From positions 29,202,001-29,266,000 of the forward strand of contig NC_043003.1 of NCBI RefSeq assembly GCF_006345805.1: 64,000 nt of DNA. The letters run 5' to 3'. Both the position numbers and the translations under genes were made by a program. This document shows positions 14,501-26,037 of this stretch, piece by piece (the first letter of the stretch is position 1; every line of letters begins with the position of its first letter). The stretch is from Octopus sinensis. Taxonomy: Eukaryota. Under the pieces are notes generated by a model. That model saw nothing but the letters and a program-made list of their open reading frames with translations. It was not told where the DNA came from and made no database searches.

Positions 14501-15180
14501 GGTGCGTGCTCTAAAACACGAGTAGACGAAATCCAATAGGTGGGCTCGAATGGCGGAGGCGCAATATGTCAATAAAGCCAGAATCTGGTCATTATGATGG
14601 ACCATAATGATTGCTTGCTATTCGACCCCAAGCAGATGTGTACAATTTTTTTGCAGTACTTCCGTCAATTGCTCGGGGCAATTGTCGGACCAAAAGGCAG
14701 GATAGATTTCAGTCCTAACTTGACAGCCGGCAATGACTCCTGTCGACTGAGGCATAGTGTTGTGAAAAACCAATAACAGCCGCGATGGGTTAAATTGCCT
14801 AGATTAGATGATCTGCTCCATGAGCTTTACTTCTATATGCAAGACTTGTTTTGAGGTCTTTTGGTAGATATCTACCGCAACTGATGGCACGAGAGAATTC
14901 CTGGTTCTGTGAGTCGAAGAGTGGTGGCACTGCTAAGAAAGGGCACAAACAAAGGGTTCACATCGTGACAATTTTTGTCCCAAAACTCTTTTAAAAGCGG
15001 ATTTCAAAATTTTGGCTAAGGTGTTATCTAAGAGGTTGGCGCTTGTCATCGATGATTGGTGATGCACAAACATGCACCGTCACGAACATATCTATTCACA
15101 GCAACCTTCTTCTCATGCGATACATCATAGAGAGGGTGGATGAGGAAGCTGGCTGGATCTTCTTATTCACATCGCAGCAT
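11600..15180 (+). mobile_element. Decayed L1/Tx1-clade LINE (ORF1 relic plus APE-RT ORF2 relic)
   Basis: ORF1 remnants YVTRGENYSTVEVRF and zinc knuckle CHLCEEIHHLKAFC (about 11860-12290). APE motifs DIDVVAKSETR and GGISVLFKG (about 13650-13800). RT region DFKILAKVLSKRLALVIDD and NLLLMRYIIERV (about 15000-15140). Many stops and frameshifts. Confidence 0.8.
12488..12850 (+). mobile_element. SINE family C inserted in the L1/Tx1 relic
   Basis: gacgcaatagcccagtggttagggcagctgactcgcgg...tttcgattcccagaccg. Confidence 0.8.
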
Positions 15181-16279
15181 AAACAATTCCAGAAGTGAAA
15201 GAGATAGAAAGAAAGAGAAGAATCGATTGCAATACTAAAATGGTAACTAGAGTCTCCGAGAGAAATTTGACAGGTTTCTATAGTTTCCTTCAATAAAATT
15301 CATTCACAAGACATTGGTTGATCCGAGCAGAAGACACTTGCCCAAGATGTCACGCAGCTGGACTAAACTCGAGACCCCGTTCTTGGGAGGCGAACTTCTT
15401 AACAACATAGCCATGTCTGTACCTAAAGAAGTTAAAACATCGCCTCGCAGAATCGGACCTAGTGCCTAATATAAAGCGATAACCGTGCTAACCACTACAC
15501 CAAATGTTAATAATAATCTTTTCTAAGTCAAGTACAAGACAATGGATTATTAGTGGCAAAGAAGCCGAATCTCCCTGAAGCCACACCCTACTATTCAGAA
15601 AAAAAAAAGACGCACAGTCCTCTATACTTCTAAAGCATACGAAATGGTCACAGTCGGAATGATTTGATCGTTGGTCTGCTCAACGAAGGGCAATATGAGG
15701 CGAAACGGCAAAAAGTATTTCTTCAATATTACTCTTTTTTGTTCTGCTTTTTTTTTTTTGCTTTTTGTTTTGCTTTTTTAATAAGGCGGCAAGTAAACAG
15801 AATCGTTAGCACACCGGGCAAAATAAGCATTGGGGTCGATGTAATCGACCTACCCACCTCTCCTTAGTTTGCTGGCCTTGTACCAAAATTTGAAACCAAT
15901 ATTCGTTTCGTAAGTGTAAAATAGTTTTTCAATGGCTTAAGGGAAACAACTCTTGTTGGATTGGTGATAATCTGTTATAACAACGAAGAATAAGGGCGGA
16001 TGAGGAGGTGGAAGAGACAATAATAAAAAGATACGGAAAACAAGTGAAAAGAGCATAAGTGTAGACGGCGGAGTTATCAGTTAAAGAGAAGATAAAATAT
16101 AAGGAAGGACGACAGATAGAAAGAAGCTAGAGGGCGAAGAGAAAACTTAAAGAAAGCAATGAATTTAGAAAACATTTATTATTGTAAGTCGAAAGATTAA
16201 AATACTTTGGAGGACTGGGTTACAAAGTATAAAGACACAAGGTGATACTAGAGTTTACATCACTTTTACAACAATAAAA

Positions 16280-16700
16280 GTATACTCTTTACTCTTTTAC
16301 TTGTTTCAGTCATTTGACTACAGCCATGCTGGAGCACCGCCTTTAGTCGAGCAACTCGACCCCGGGACTTATTCTTTGTAAGCCCAGTACTTATTCTATC
16401 GGTCTCTTTTGCCAAATATATACATACGAATATATACATACATACATACATACACACACACATACATACATACATACATACATACATACATACATACATA
16501 CATACATACATACATACATACATACATACATACATACATACATACATACATGCGAAGGGCTTCTTTCAGTTTCTGCCTACCAAATTCACTCACGAGGCTC
16601 CGAAGCTATAGTAGACGCTTGCTCAAGGTGCTACCCAGTGGGACTGATCCCGGAACCATGTGGTTGGGAAGCAAGCTTCTTACCATACAGCCACTCCACA
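16280..16700 (-). mobile_element. SINE family A, near full length
   Basis: tactcttttactcttttacttgtttcagtcatttgact...(CATA)n...ggaaccatgtggttgg...ccatacagccactcc. Confidence 0.85.
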
Positions 16701-16870
16701 TTTGTGTGTGTGTGTGTGTAATGTGCGGATAATACCGGACTGACTTGGTGCTTCAAATTAAGTACCTAATTCAACTGAATCTCAATTATTTATGTATATA
16801 TATATATATTATATATATATATATATTATATATATATATATGTGTGTGTGTGTGGTGTGTGTGTGTGTGT

Positions 16871-16920
<50 letters not shown>

Positions 16921-17317
16921 ATACGCACACATATACATTCGTGTGTGTGTGTGAGTAATTCTTTTTGGGGGAATAGTGGATCTCGAAGCAGACAATAAAA
17001 CTATGAATGATACGGTGTAAGTGTACACTGGACAGAAAAATTTTATGGTTACCCGTAGGACACGAACTCATAGCTTCTGTAAACATGATGGGCGGTCTAC
17101 CATTGGGTCAAAGCAACCGTTCGAATCCTGCGGTCCTTTTCAGAAGCTTTATTTTTAAAAGCAAAACTTATATGTTGTTGGCATCCTAAGAACTCATAAA
17201 CTTTCGACAGAACGTAAAATAGTTCTTTCTTTTTTTTTTTTTTTATTTTAGAATAGTGGAAATCGGAGCAGATGATAAGCCGATGTTTACATGCTATTAT
17301 TTTATAGCTTTATTATC

Positions 17318-17762
17318 GGATCTTTTCGGTTTGAACGGCAGTTTTTAGCATAATTTCTAGGTAACTAAAAAAATTTAAACTTCCTATACTGGTGGAATGT
17401 GTTTATAAAACATCTTTTTCTCTTGGCTTTATTGAGAAAATTCTGTAGTTTGTAAGATATCTGTTGTTTATTTTCTTCAATTTCTGCAATTTCAACCAAT
17501 CACTGACGTCTATTGAGGTAAAAAAAAAACATAACATTCTGTGCTGTATGAATATGTCCCTCGTTTAAGAAACAGATTGGGTTTATTTACATTTGTTAAG
17601 AAAAAAAGATACCCTTCCCCCACCCCTAACCCTAACTAACCTTAACTAACCCTAACCCTAAAACAGATTGAAATGCATTAGATCGATACTAGGGTCATAA
17701 TTATGGATGACAATTTCATATGACACCGTTAGAAAAAACTGCCGTTCAAACCAAAAAGATCC
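17318..17762. mobile_element. MITE with 29-bp TIRs, 8-bp TSD and internal (CCCTAA)-like tract
   Basis: Left TIR ggatcttttcggtttgaacggcagttttt; right end aaaaactgccgttcaaaccaaaaagatcc (28/29 match). Flanked on both sides by TTATTATC. Confidence 0.85.
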
Positions 17763-17861
17763 TTATTATCTGTTTCGAGATCTTCTATTCAAAAAATAAA
17801 TAAATAAACAATTATTTCACGTTCTCTCGCAACTGTCTGAGTTCTTATGACGTCAACTATA

Positions 17862-18215
17862 TAAGGGTGGGTTGAAAATTTCATAGGCTGACTTTGAGGG
17901 TGTGATGTCAGAGCTGTGAAATTTTGCACGCATTTCAAGTTTTTGTATTCATAACTGCATTGTTTCTTTCCAGGTAAACTCACATCTGATTGTTCAGAGA
18001 AGACTTCAATAATAAATAACAGCGACTTCTCTTGAAAATGGACAAAATTTGGCATAGTGGTGTTATAAGGTACATGCATAAAAATGGTTTAACCCCCAAT
18101 GACATTCATGCTGACAAGGTTTACTACTTTAGGAAATGGCGCTCCTGTTTTATCAACCGTACAAAAGTGGACAGTTGTATTTCGGAGGGGAAGTGAGAGT
18201 CTTAAAGATGACCGG
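17862..18215 (+). mobile_element. Mariner transposon 5' fragment
   Basis: Mariner-like end aagggtgggttgaaaatttcataggctgac. From ATG 18038: MDKIWHSGVIRYMHKNGLTPNDIHAD, then after a frameshift TLGNGAPVLSTVQKWTVVFRRGSESLKDD (N-terminal HTH). Confidence 0.75.
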
Positions 18216-19064
18216 AATGTCACTAACCAAAAGGTTGTGTGAAGTGGCCCGAATTGACGCTTAACAACAATAATTACTTATTGAAGGGCGATAACTTAGT
18301 TTCACCACCCTACTTTTTTTCTTTTTTTTTTTTCTGTGAGGCGAGGGAATTTTACAAAAACATAACAAAAGATATCCTCGTTCTCTAAACACTATTACTT
18401 AGAGTTACCTCCCTCGTTAACTCTCTTTTTTATTCATTTTAATATTTTCAAATGTGATTATTGTTTTCCCGGTTTTCCTTTATTTGTCTCCTCTGAGACC
18501 AGACGGAAATAAATTGTAAGTTACTTCATTTTTACATCTTCTGTGGCTTTTATGCTTTAAAGAAAACTTTCGTTATTGTTTTAATAATGATTGTAAGTAA
18601 CCATGCGACGACTGTTTGTTTTTTCTAGTTACGAATATATTGTTCTCTTCTTGTTTATTTATTTAAATCACTGAACAGAATTTTCATCTTGTATTTACAT
18701 TTTTTTGTTTTTGCTGGTAATTTCACTTGAATACCTGCACCAATATGGACATCTTGTACCAAAACTGCTCATCCGTGGGCTCCATTTGTTTCTTGTTTCT
18801 TGGAATGGTGGCTTTCTGTCAGATCTTGCCATCGGAAGACAACAGCTGGTAACCCCTTATTCAGTAAACAACAGATGATGTCCCTTAATTCAGTAGGCAA
18901 CAACTGGAGGGTCTCCCTGAATCTAGACAATTGATAACATAGTCAAAGTTAGCAGTGTTGTTCTAATGGACTAAAAGAACCTTCTTTCTTATTTTATTTT
19001 CTTCTTACATTTCTCCTTCTCCATATTCTCTCTCTCACACACACACACTATATATATATATATA

Positions 19065-19380
19065 GCCTTACTGGAACGTGAAAAAACATTCGAGCGAGGT
19101 CGTTGCCAGTGCCGCTGGGCTGGCTCCTGTGCAGGTGGCATGTAAAAAAACACCATTTGAGCGTGGCCGTTGCCAGTACCGCCTGACTGGCCCTTGTGCC
19201 GGTGGCACGTAAAAGCACACACTACACTGTTGGAGTTGTTGGCGTTAGGAAGGGCATCCAGCTGTAGAAATTCTGTCAGATCAGATTGGAGCCTGGTGCA
19301 GCCATCTGGTTCGCCAGTCCTCAGTCAGATCGTCCAACCCATGCTAGAATGGAAATCGGACGTTAAACGATGATGATGAT
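19065..19380 (+). mobile_element. RTE LINE 3'-UTR fragment with (GAT)n tail
   Basis: Same sequence as the 3' end of the 26038-30745 LINE; ends ccaacccatgctagaatggaaatcggacgttaaacgatgatgatgat; flanked by (TA)n. Confidence 0.8.
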
Positions 19381-19429
19381 TTTATATATATATATATATA
19401 TATATATTTGCAGTAAAAAGGTAGCTTAA

Positions 19430-19647
19430 TCCTTTAGCATTCAGATTATTCTGTCAAATATAATGCTTATTTATTTACATTGTTTGAATTAGTTATTGCA
19501 TTATCTTGTAGCTTTGAGATTTTTATGTGATTGTTTATATTTTTAGAGTGACTTTGAAGTGTAGGTATAAGAGACCAGATCTGGCCAGTTTGAACATAAA
19601 ACTAATAGAATATTTGTGCTGGGTATGGCCTGTATAAATGCTATGGG
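19430..19647. mobile_element. piggyBac-type MITE (TTAA-flanked)
   Basis: ttaa|tcctttagcat...atgctatggg|ttaa; an inverted relative lies at 41461-41688. Confidence 0.6.
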
Positions 19648-19751
19648 TTAATGTAACATTACTAAAACCTTCACAAATTCTGAAGTTTTATTTTATTTTT
19701 TAATTCTCTATTTTTTTTTTTTTTTTTTCAGTTAATCGAAAATCTTCCAAA

Positions 19752-19882
19752 ATGCAAAGAACCAAAAGAACGTCTCGTTTCTTCAACCAGAGAGAAGAAG
19801 AACTCAGTGATGTTTCAGACATTTCCTGCCCAGATATGGACATTTGTAAGTCAACAGTGAAGAAAAGTGATCAAAAGAGAAA
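19752..19882 (+). CDS. Coding exon 1 of the Rap1-type Myb protein gene (MQRTKRTSRFFNQREEELSDVSDISCPDMDICKSTVKKSDQKR)
   Basis: Poly-T tract plus CAG acceptor (exon starts 19732), ATG at 19752, donor AA|gtaagt. Phase 2 matches the next exon. The frame is also open upstream to the acceptor, so an earlier start is possible. Confidence 0.75.
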
Positions 19883-20035
19883 GTAAGTTGGCCAAATAAT
19901 AATGTGACAATCAAATATCTACTACAACTACCCCTTCACCCTTATTCGCTACATTCACCTCTGCACCCATCTCAAACCATCTGCTTCTCTCCTCTTGCAC
20001 TCTAATGAACTTATCTGCCCACTTCCTGTGAAGGC

Positions 20036-20345
20036 ACATGGCTCAGTGGTTAGAGCATCAGGCACACAAATGTGGTAGTGAGTTGAACCAGGTTGTGTGT
20101 TGTGTTCTTGAGCAAGACACTTTATTTCACATTCCTTCAGTTCACTCAGCTGTAGAAATGAGTTGCAGCATCACTAATGCCAAGCAGTATTGGCCTTTGC
20201 CTTTCCCTTGGATAACATTGGTGGCAGGAAGAGGGGAAGCTGGTATGCATGGGCGACTGCTGGTCTTCCATAAACAAACTTGCCCAGACCTGTTCCTTAG
20301 AGGGGAAACTTTCTAGGTGCAATTCCATAGTCATTCGTGAAGGGA
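20036..20345 (+). mobile_element. tRNA-derived SINE family E (gtgtccttgagcaagacac core)
   Basis: ggcacatggctcagtggttagagcatc...tgtgttcttgagcaagacactttatttcac; related copies at 8930-9050, 41745-42075(-) and 63881-64000. Confidence 0.7.
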
Positions 20346-20789
20346 ATTTTTACTTTTACCCACTTCCTGATTCTTTGTCCGTGTTCTCTCTTGTGCTCAC
20401 TTTCCATGGAAACATGTCCAGTCATCATGTCATTCATGTTTGAAGGACTAAGAGAAATATTACCTGTTGCCATCCCTCATTTCACAGATCATCAGACCTT
20501 GGGAATTTTCCCACAATGAATCTCATCTGACCCTTGCAGGGATGGAAAAGTAAACATTGAAATGATCATGATGATGGGTCAAATGTTTTTTCTGATTTTG
20601 TAGTGGAATGTGAGATGGGTTACAACAAAGTAATTCTCCCTGATACTTTTTATTGTAGATATGTCATGCAATGTTGGTTGGTTTCTAATCAATCCTTCAT
20701 AGTTAATTACAATGCTCAGTAAATAATATATTAGCAATGTATAAGATTTCTTAAAATATAATAATTTAATAATCAAATTTTATGGCCTT

Positions 20790-21100
20790 GCAAGTTACTT
20801 GGTGACCCTGCCAGAGTGCTGGTGCCACTTAAAAAACATCCAGTCCACACTGTAAAGTGATTGGCATTTGGAAGGACATTCAATTGTAAAAACCATGCCC
20901 AAATTGACCTCACCTGTGCAAGTGCCACGTAAAAAGCACTCAGCCCATTCTGTGGGGTGGTTGGTGCTAGGAAGGACATCTAGCCATAAAAAGTATGCCA
21001 AAACAGGCACAGAAGTATGGTGCAGTCTTCTGCATAGCCAGCTCCTGTCAAACTGTCCAACCCATGCCAGCATGGAAGTAGAATGTTAAACGATGATGAT
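20790..21100 (+). mobile_element. RTE LINE 3'-UTR fragment
   Basis: Ends ccaacccatgccagcatggaagtagaatgttaaacgatgatgatg. Confidence 0.7.
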
Positions 21101-21144
21101 GAGCTTATAAAGAGAGTAAGTTTGCAATAGAATCCAAAGAAACT

Positions 21145-21365
21145 AAGGCGGCGAGCTGGCAGAAACATTAGCACGACGGGCAAAATGCTTAGCAGTATTT
21201 CATCTGCCGCTATGTTCTGAGTTCAAATTCCACCAAGGTCGACTTTGCCTTTCATCCTTTCAGAGTCAATTAAATAATTACCAGTTATGCACTGGGGCCG
21301 ATATAATCGACTTAATCCGTTTGTCCCCTCTGTGTGTAGCCTTATGTGGTCAGTAAAGAAACAAA
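21145..21365 (+). mobile_element. SINE family B
   Basis: ggcggcgagctggcagaaacattagcacgacgggcaaaatgc...gccttatgtggtcagtaaagaa. Confidence 0.8.
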
Positions 21366-21764
21366 AAACTAGAGAAAACTTGTGTCAGCTAATGGAGAGT
21401 ACAAATGATTGGTTCTGACATAGGCAGGAAATTTGGAACTGGGAAATTAGTCAATTAACCTTTTTGATACCAACCCACCTAAGGTCCCATTCCCCTAGTT
21501 CCTGTTTTAAAGTGATCTAATTTAAACCTCACATCATTTCATTTTATGTTCCAAACACCACCTTAATAACAACAAAGTTATTTTACTAAATTCTAAATTT
21601 ATTGATACCAACACACATAAAAGTGCTTCTGGTTCTTTAATATAAATTTCATGTTTTAAAGTGATCTGATTAAAACCTTTCATCAAAATTTCATGTTAAT
21701 TTGTTGTAAACACCAAGTGCCTCAATGAATTCCATCCAGCCCCTGCAAACATTGCAAATTATTA

Positions 21765-22260
21765 TCATCATCATCATTTAACATCCATTTTCCATGCTAG
21801 CATGGGTTGGACAGTTTGATAGGAGCTGGCCAGCTGGAGAGTTGCCTGGGCTCCATGTTTGTTTTGGCATTGTTTCTCTGGCTGGATGCTCTTCCTAATG
21901 CCAGCCACTTTACAGAATGTACTGGGTGCTTTTACGTGGAACCAACACAAGTGCTTTTTACATAGCACTGACATCCACAAGCCTGCAAGATTTAGAACAC
22001 TCGGCTGAAAAGGGAGGAATGCAGGGGACATACCTGTATGCAAGAACAACCACATATTTATTTAGCTTGACTTGTCTTCTCTAGTACACCAAACTGCCAG
22101 AAGTCTTGGTCCCCTATCATCCCCTCTGTGAGGCCCAACATCTGAAGATGCTTTCTCACTACTTCATCCCGTGTCTTCCTGGGCATACCACTTCCACACA
22201 TTCCCTCCACAATTAGAGCTCAGTACTTCTTGATGCGACTATCTTCATTCAAAGTGTACA
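21765..22260 (-). mobile_element. Old RTE LINE 3' fragment (ORF C-terminus plus 3' UTR)
   Basis: Minus strand encodes EGMCGSGMPRKTRDEVVRKHLQMLGLTEGM, homologous to EGTCGRGRPRKTWDEVVKHDLRTLGLTKEM of the main LINE; (CAT)n at 21765. Confidence 0.75.
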
Positions 22261-22393
22261 TTAAAATGATGGTATGTGTGTGTGGTTTTTATTCAGAAAG
22301 GAATCTTTTATATTTCTTTGACTAACTGTACTGCCATATTGTCGCAAATCTAAAATTTCTACCCTTTTCACTACCTTTGGTTCTGTTCTTCAG

Positions 22394-22511
22394 GAAACGG
22401 CATAAATTCTCCTATGTTGAAGACGTCAAAATGCTGAAATATATCATGACAGAAAACAGATATGATGAGATTAAAGGCATTGCCCTCTGGAAAACCATGG
22501 AAATATTAGAG
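22394..22511 (+). CDS. TERF2IP: Coding exon 2, N-terminal two helices of a Rap1/TERF2IP-type Myb domain (KRHKFSYVEDVKMLKYIMTENRYDEIKGIALWKTMEILE)
   Basis: ttcttcag acceptor and GAG|gtaagc donor. Peptide follows the Rap1 Myb pattern F-x3-D-x2-(I/M)L-x-Y...G-x-ALWK-x-ME. The symbol reflects domain similarity only; orthology is not established. Confidence 0.8.
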
Positions 22512-22761
22512 GTAAGCCCTTTTCTCCTCACATTTATTTTCCTTTGTTCATTTGTTTGATTTTTTTACCATGCCAGCATGAGTATAGACAAAGATTTATT
22601 TGATTCAGGATTTTACTGTCACTTCTCAACCATATGGTTTTGATTTCAGTTCTACTGCATGGCACCTTAGGCAAGTGTCATTTACTGTAGTGTTCAGGCC
22701 AACCAAAGCCTTGTGAGTGGATTTAGTAGATGGAAACTAAAAGAAGCCCTAAACTAAAAAG

Positions 22762-23000
22762 GCAGCGAGCTGACAGAAACATTAGCATGCCGGGCGAAAT
22801 GCTGAGCAATATTTCGTCTGTCTTTACATTCTGAGTTCAAATTCCGCCGAGGTCGATTTTGCCTTTCATCTTTTCAGGGTTGATAAATTAAGTACCAGTT
22901 ACACACTGGGATCGATGTAATCGACTTAATCCCTTTGTCTGTCCTTGTTTGTCCCCTCTATGTTTAGCCCCTTGTGGGCAATAAAGAAATAGGAAACTAA
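22762..23000 (+). mobile_element. SINE family B nested in a family A fragment
   Basis: aactaaaagaagccc recurs on both sides of the family B body. Confidence 0.7.
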
Positions 23001-23666
23001 AAGAAGCCCATTGTATGTATATATATGTGTATATGTTTTTGTCTCCTTATCTTGACATTATGTGATTGCTGTAAATGAGTGTTGCTGTCATACAAGCAGT
23101 GCGATACATTTCTCATATTCTGCAGAAACAATATCTGGCGATCGGAAAATATTAGCTTGCTTGGGAAAAGTTAGAGTTGATGATATTTATGAGATACTGA
23201 CTTACAACCAGAAGAAAACCAGATTAAATTCTCAAACCTTTATTATTGCCTACCTGATCGGTAATGTGGACTCATAATTAGGGTACTCAATGAAATTGTT
23301 ATAGAGTGACTTTATATTAAGAGAGTAGAGAGAGCGGAAAACCTATTAAGTTGATAAATCCTAGATGACTGGTTGACAATTCACATCCCATATACCAGTG
23401 TTCTTCTTTGTCCCACACAAGATCAAAGCACTAAATCTTCATTGGCTCAATTCGGTTAACTGTTAATAGTTATTGATTATTGATATGCTGTGCTAAACGA
23501 TGATGATGATGATGATGTGCTTATGAAGACCTTTTGAACCAAGTGAAATCGTAGTTGTGGCCAATGCCAGTGCCATCTGACTGGCACATAAAAAGCATCA
23601 TTTGAGTGTTGGGCTTCTTGGAGTCAGTGGCAGGTGACCAAGATCTTTGGTAATATACCAAAGTCA

Positions 23667-23885
23667 GTGGCGGTGAGCTGGCAGAAACGTTAGCACGCCG
23701 GGCGAAATGCTTAGCGGTATTTCGTCTGCGTTACGTTGTGAGTTCAAATTCCGCCGAGGTCGACTTTGCCTTTCATCCTTTCGGGGTCGATAAATTAAGT
23801 ACCAGTTACGCACTGGGGTCGATGTAATCGACTTAATACCTATGTCTGTCCTTGTTTAGCCCCTTGTGGGTAATAAAGAAATAGG
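23667..23885 (+). mobile_element. SINE family B, young-looking copy
   Basis: ggcggtgagctggcagaaacgttagcacgccgggcgaaatgcttagcgg...tttagccccttgtgggtaataaagaaata. Confidence 0.85.
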
Positions 23886-24629
23886 TAATATACCATGCTT
23901 GTGTTCACCTGTCAAGCCAAGTGAGACAGTAGTCATGGCTGATGCTGGTGTCAGGTCAATGGCACATAAAATGCACCCTCTACACTCTCGGACTGACTAG
24001 CATTAGGAAGGGCATCCAGCTGTAGAAACCTTGCCAAGTCAGATTAGAACTTGTTGCAGCTTACCAGTTTTAACTCAAACCATCCAACCCATGCCTGCAT
24101 GGAAAGTGGACATTAAACAATGATGATGATGGCCATCCAGTCTTTAGGTGCCTCTTATGAAGTATCTGGACACAGTGCACCTATTGTAAAACCAGGATAC
24201 ACATAGCATTGGCATTAATAAAAGAACATTACTTTTAAAAAGCAGTTGACTTAATCTAAAGAATCAACAACAAACAAAAGACTATGTCTTGCTGCTGCCA
24301 ATGTGCCCACACCCTTACTAGTGCATCATAGTATCATTAAAAGGGTCAAAAACAAAATTCTCAATGTAATACCATCTAGTTTAATTGTTCAGTGTCTTAA
24401 CCTCGCACACGCCTTTGGGTCTCAGAATAAAAGGAATTTCTCAATTCTACCTAATTTTGTACCTTGCCTATGTTTAAACACGTCTTACCCACTTCAACCC
24501 AATTTCTCCTACCCTTTCCCATATAATATGAGTAGTCATGTAGCAGCTCTACACCAACAAATATGATCTGCGCATATACCTATTTATATGAGTGTATGTG
24601 TATACAAGTATCTATCTATCCATATATAT

Positions 24630-24995
24630 ATATCATCATCATCATCATCATTTAACATCCACTTTCCATGCTAGCATGGGTTGGACGGTTTCACTGACGT
24701 CTGGTGAACCAGATGGCTGCACCAGGCTCCAATCTGATCTGGCAGAGTTTCTACAGCTAGATGCCCTTCCTAACACCAACCACTCCGAGAGTGTAGTGGG
24801 CGCTTTTACATGCCACCGGCACGAGGGCCAGTTTGGCGGTACTGGCAACGGCCACGCTCAAATGATGTTTTTTACGTGCCACCTGCACAGGAGTCAGTCC
24901 AGCGACACTGACAACGGCCTCGCTCGAATGTTTTGTTCATGTACCAGCAGGGCGACGCAGGTAAAGATCACGCACAAATGGTGCTTTTTACATGC
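24630..24995 (-). mobile_element. RTE LINE 3'-UTR fragment in (TA)n
   Basis: (CAT)n-ttaacatccactttccatgctagcatgggttggacgg..., with (TA)n on both sides. Confidence 0.8.
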
Positions 24996-24996
24996 C

Positions 24997-25027
<31 letters not shown>

Positions 25028-25034
25028 ATATATA

Positions 25035-25077
<43 letters not shown>

Positions 25078-25837
25078 CCAGTTTATCATGTGAAAAGAAG
25101 CACACTCTAAAGTATAGAGCAGTAATGTATTTATATCCAGTTATGTATATGTCCGGTCATAGAGTGACCAATGGTTTCACATTCATAAAGTGCTTAGCCC
25201 TGTGGATAATTCATCAGACTCTGATGACAAAGGCTTTTTTTTAAATTCTACCTCTGAAGTTTGAAGAGCTATATGGCATTCGCCATTAGAGTCTGATGAG
25301 TCGTTCATTAGGCTAAGCACTTTATGGATGCAAAACAATTGGTCACTCTATGACCAGACATATACTTATCTGCATATAAACATATGTGTGTGTGTGTGTG
25401 TAACTATTTGGACTTTGGGTATTAGTATGTCAATTAAAGCACATTCACCATTTGGACTACCTGGTGTCAACCACAGTAACACTATAATTTTCATTGGATC
25501 TACATCAAGAAATCTGCTGTGTTTGTTGAGTTTATAATAGATAAGGGAAACAGAGATGAATTTAGTGATACAGCCTGCACTGATTGATGCAACACAACTT
25601 GATGAACAATATCCTAACCCCAAGGGGCAGCTGCAGGATGGGTCAACATGATCGTCGTGCTGAATGAAGATTTGTATTAAATCCATCTTCCATTTCCCTC
25701 ATCAATTAGATATATATATATATATTATATAATATATGTATATATATAGTATATATATGTATATATATGTATATTATATATATATATATATGTATATATG
25801 TAATATATATCTATATATATATATATGTATATATATG

Positions 25838-25869
<32 letters not shown>

Positions 25870-25951
25870 CTATATATGTATATATATGTGGTATATATAT
25901 AATATATATATTAGTATAATGTGTATATATATATATATATATATAATATAT

Positions 25952-25982
<31 letters not shown>

Positions 25983-26037
25983 TATATATACTGTGATATT
26001 ATATATATATATATATATATGTATATATGATGTATAT

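Noticed and set aside
17620-17662. True telomere or chromosome-fusion scar
   Set aside because: Only a few degenerate units in one orientation, internal to a TIR/TSD-bounded MITE.
25205-25315. CTGATGA motifs in a (TA)n-adjacent segment as a hammerhead
   Set aside because: GAAA is replaced by TAAG and no stem I or III can be drawn.
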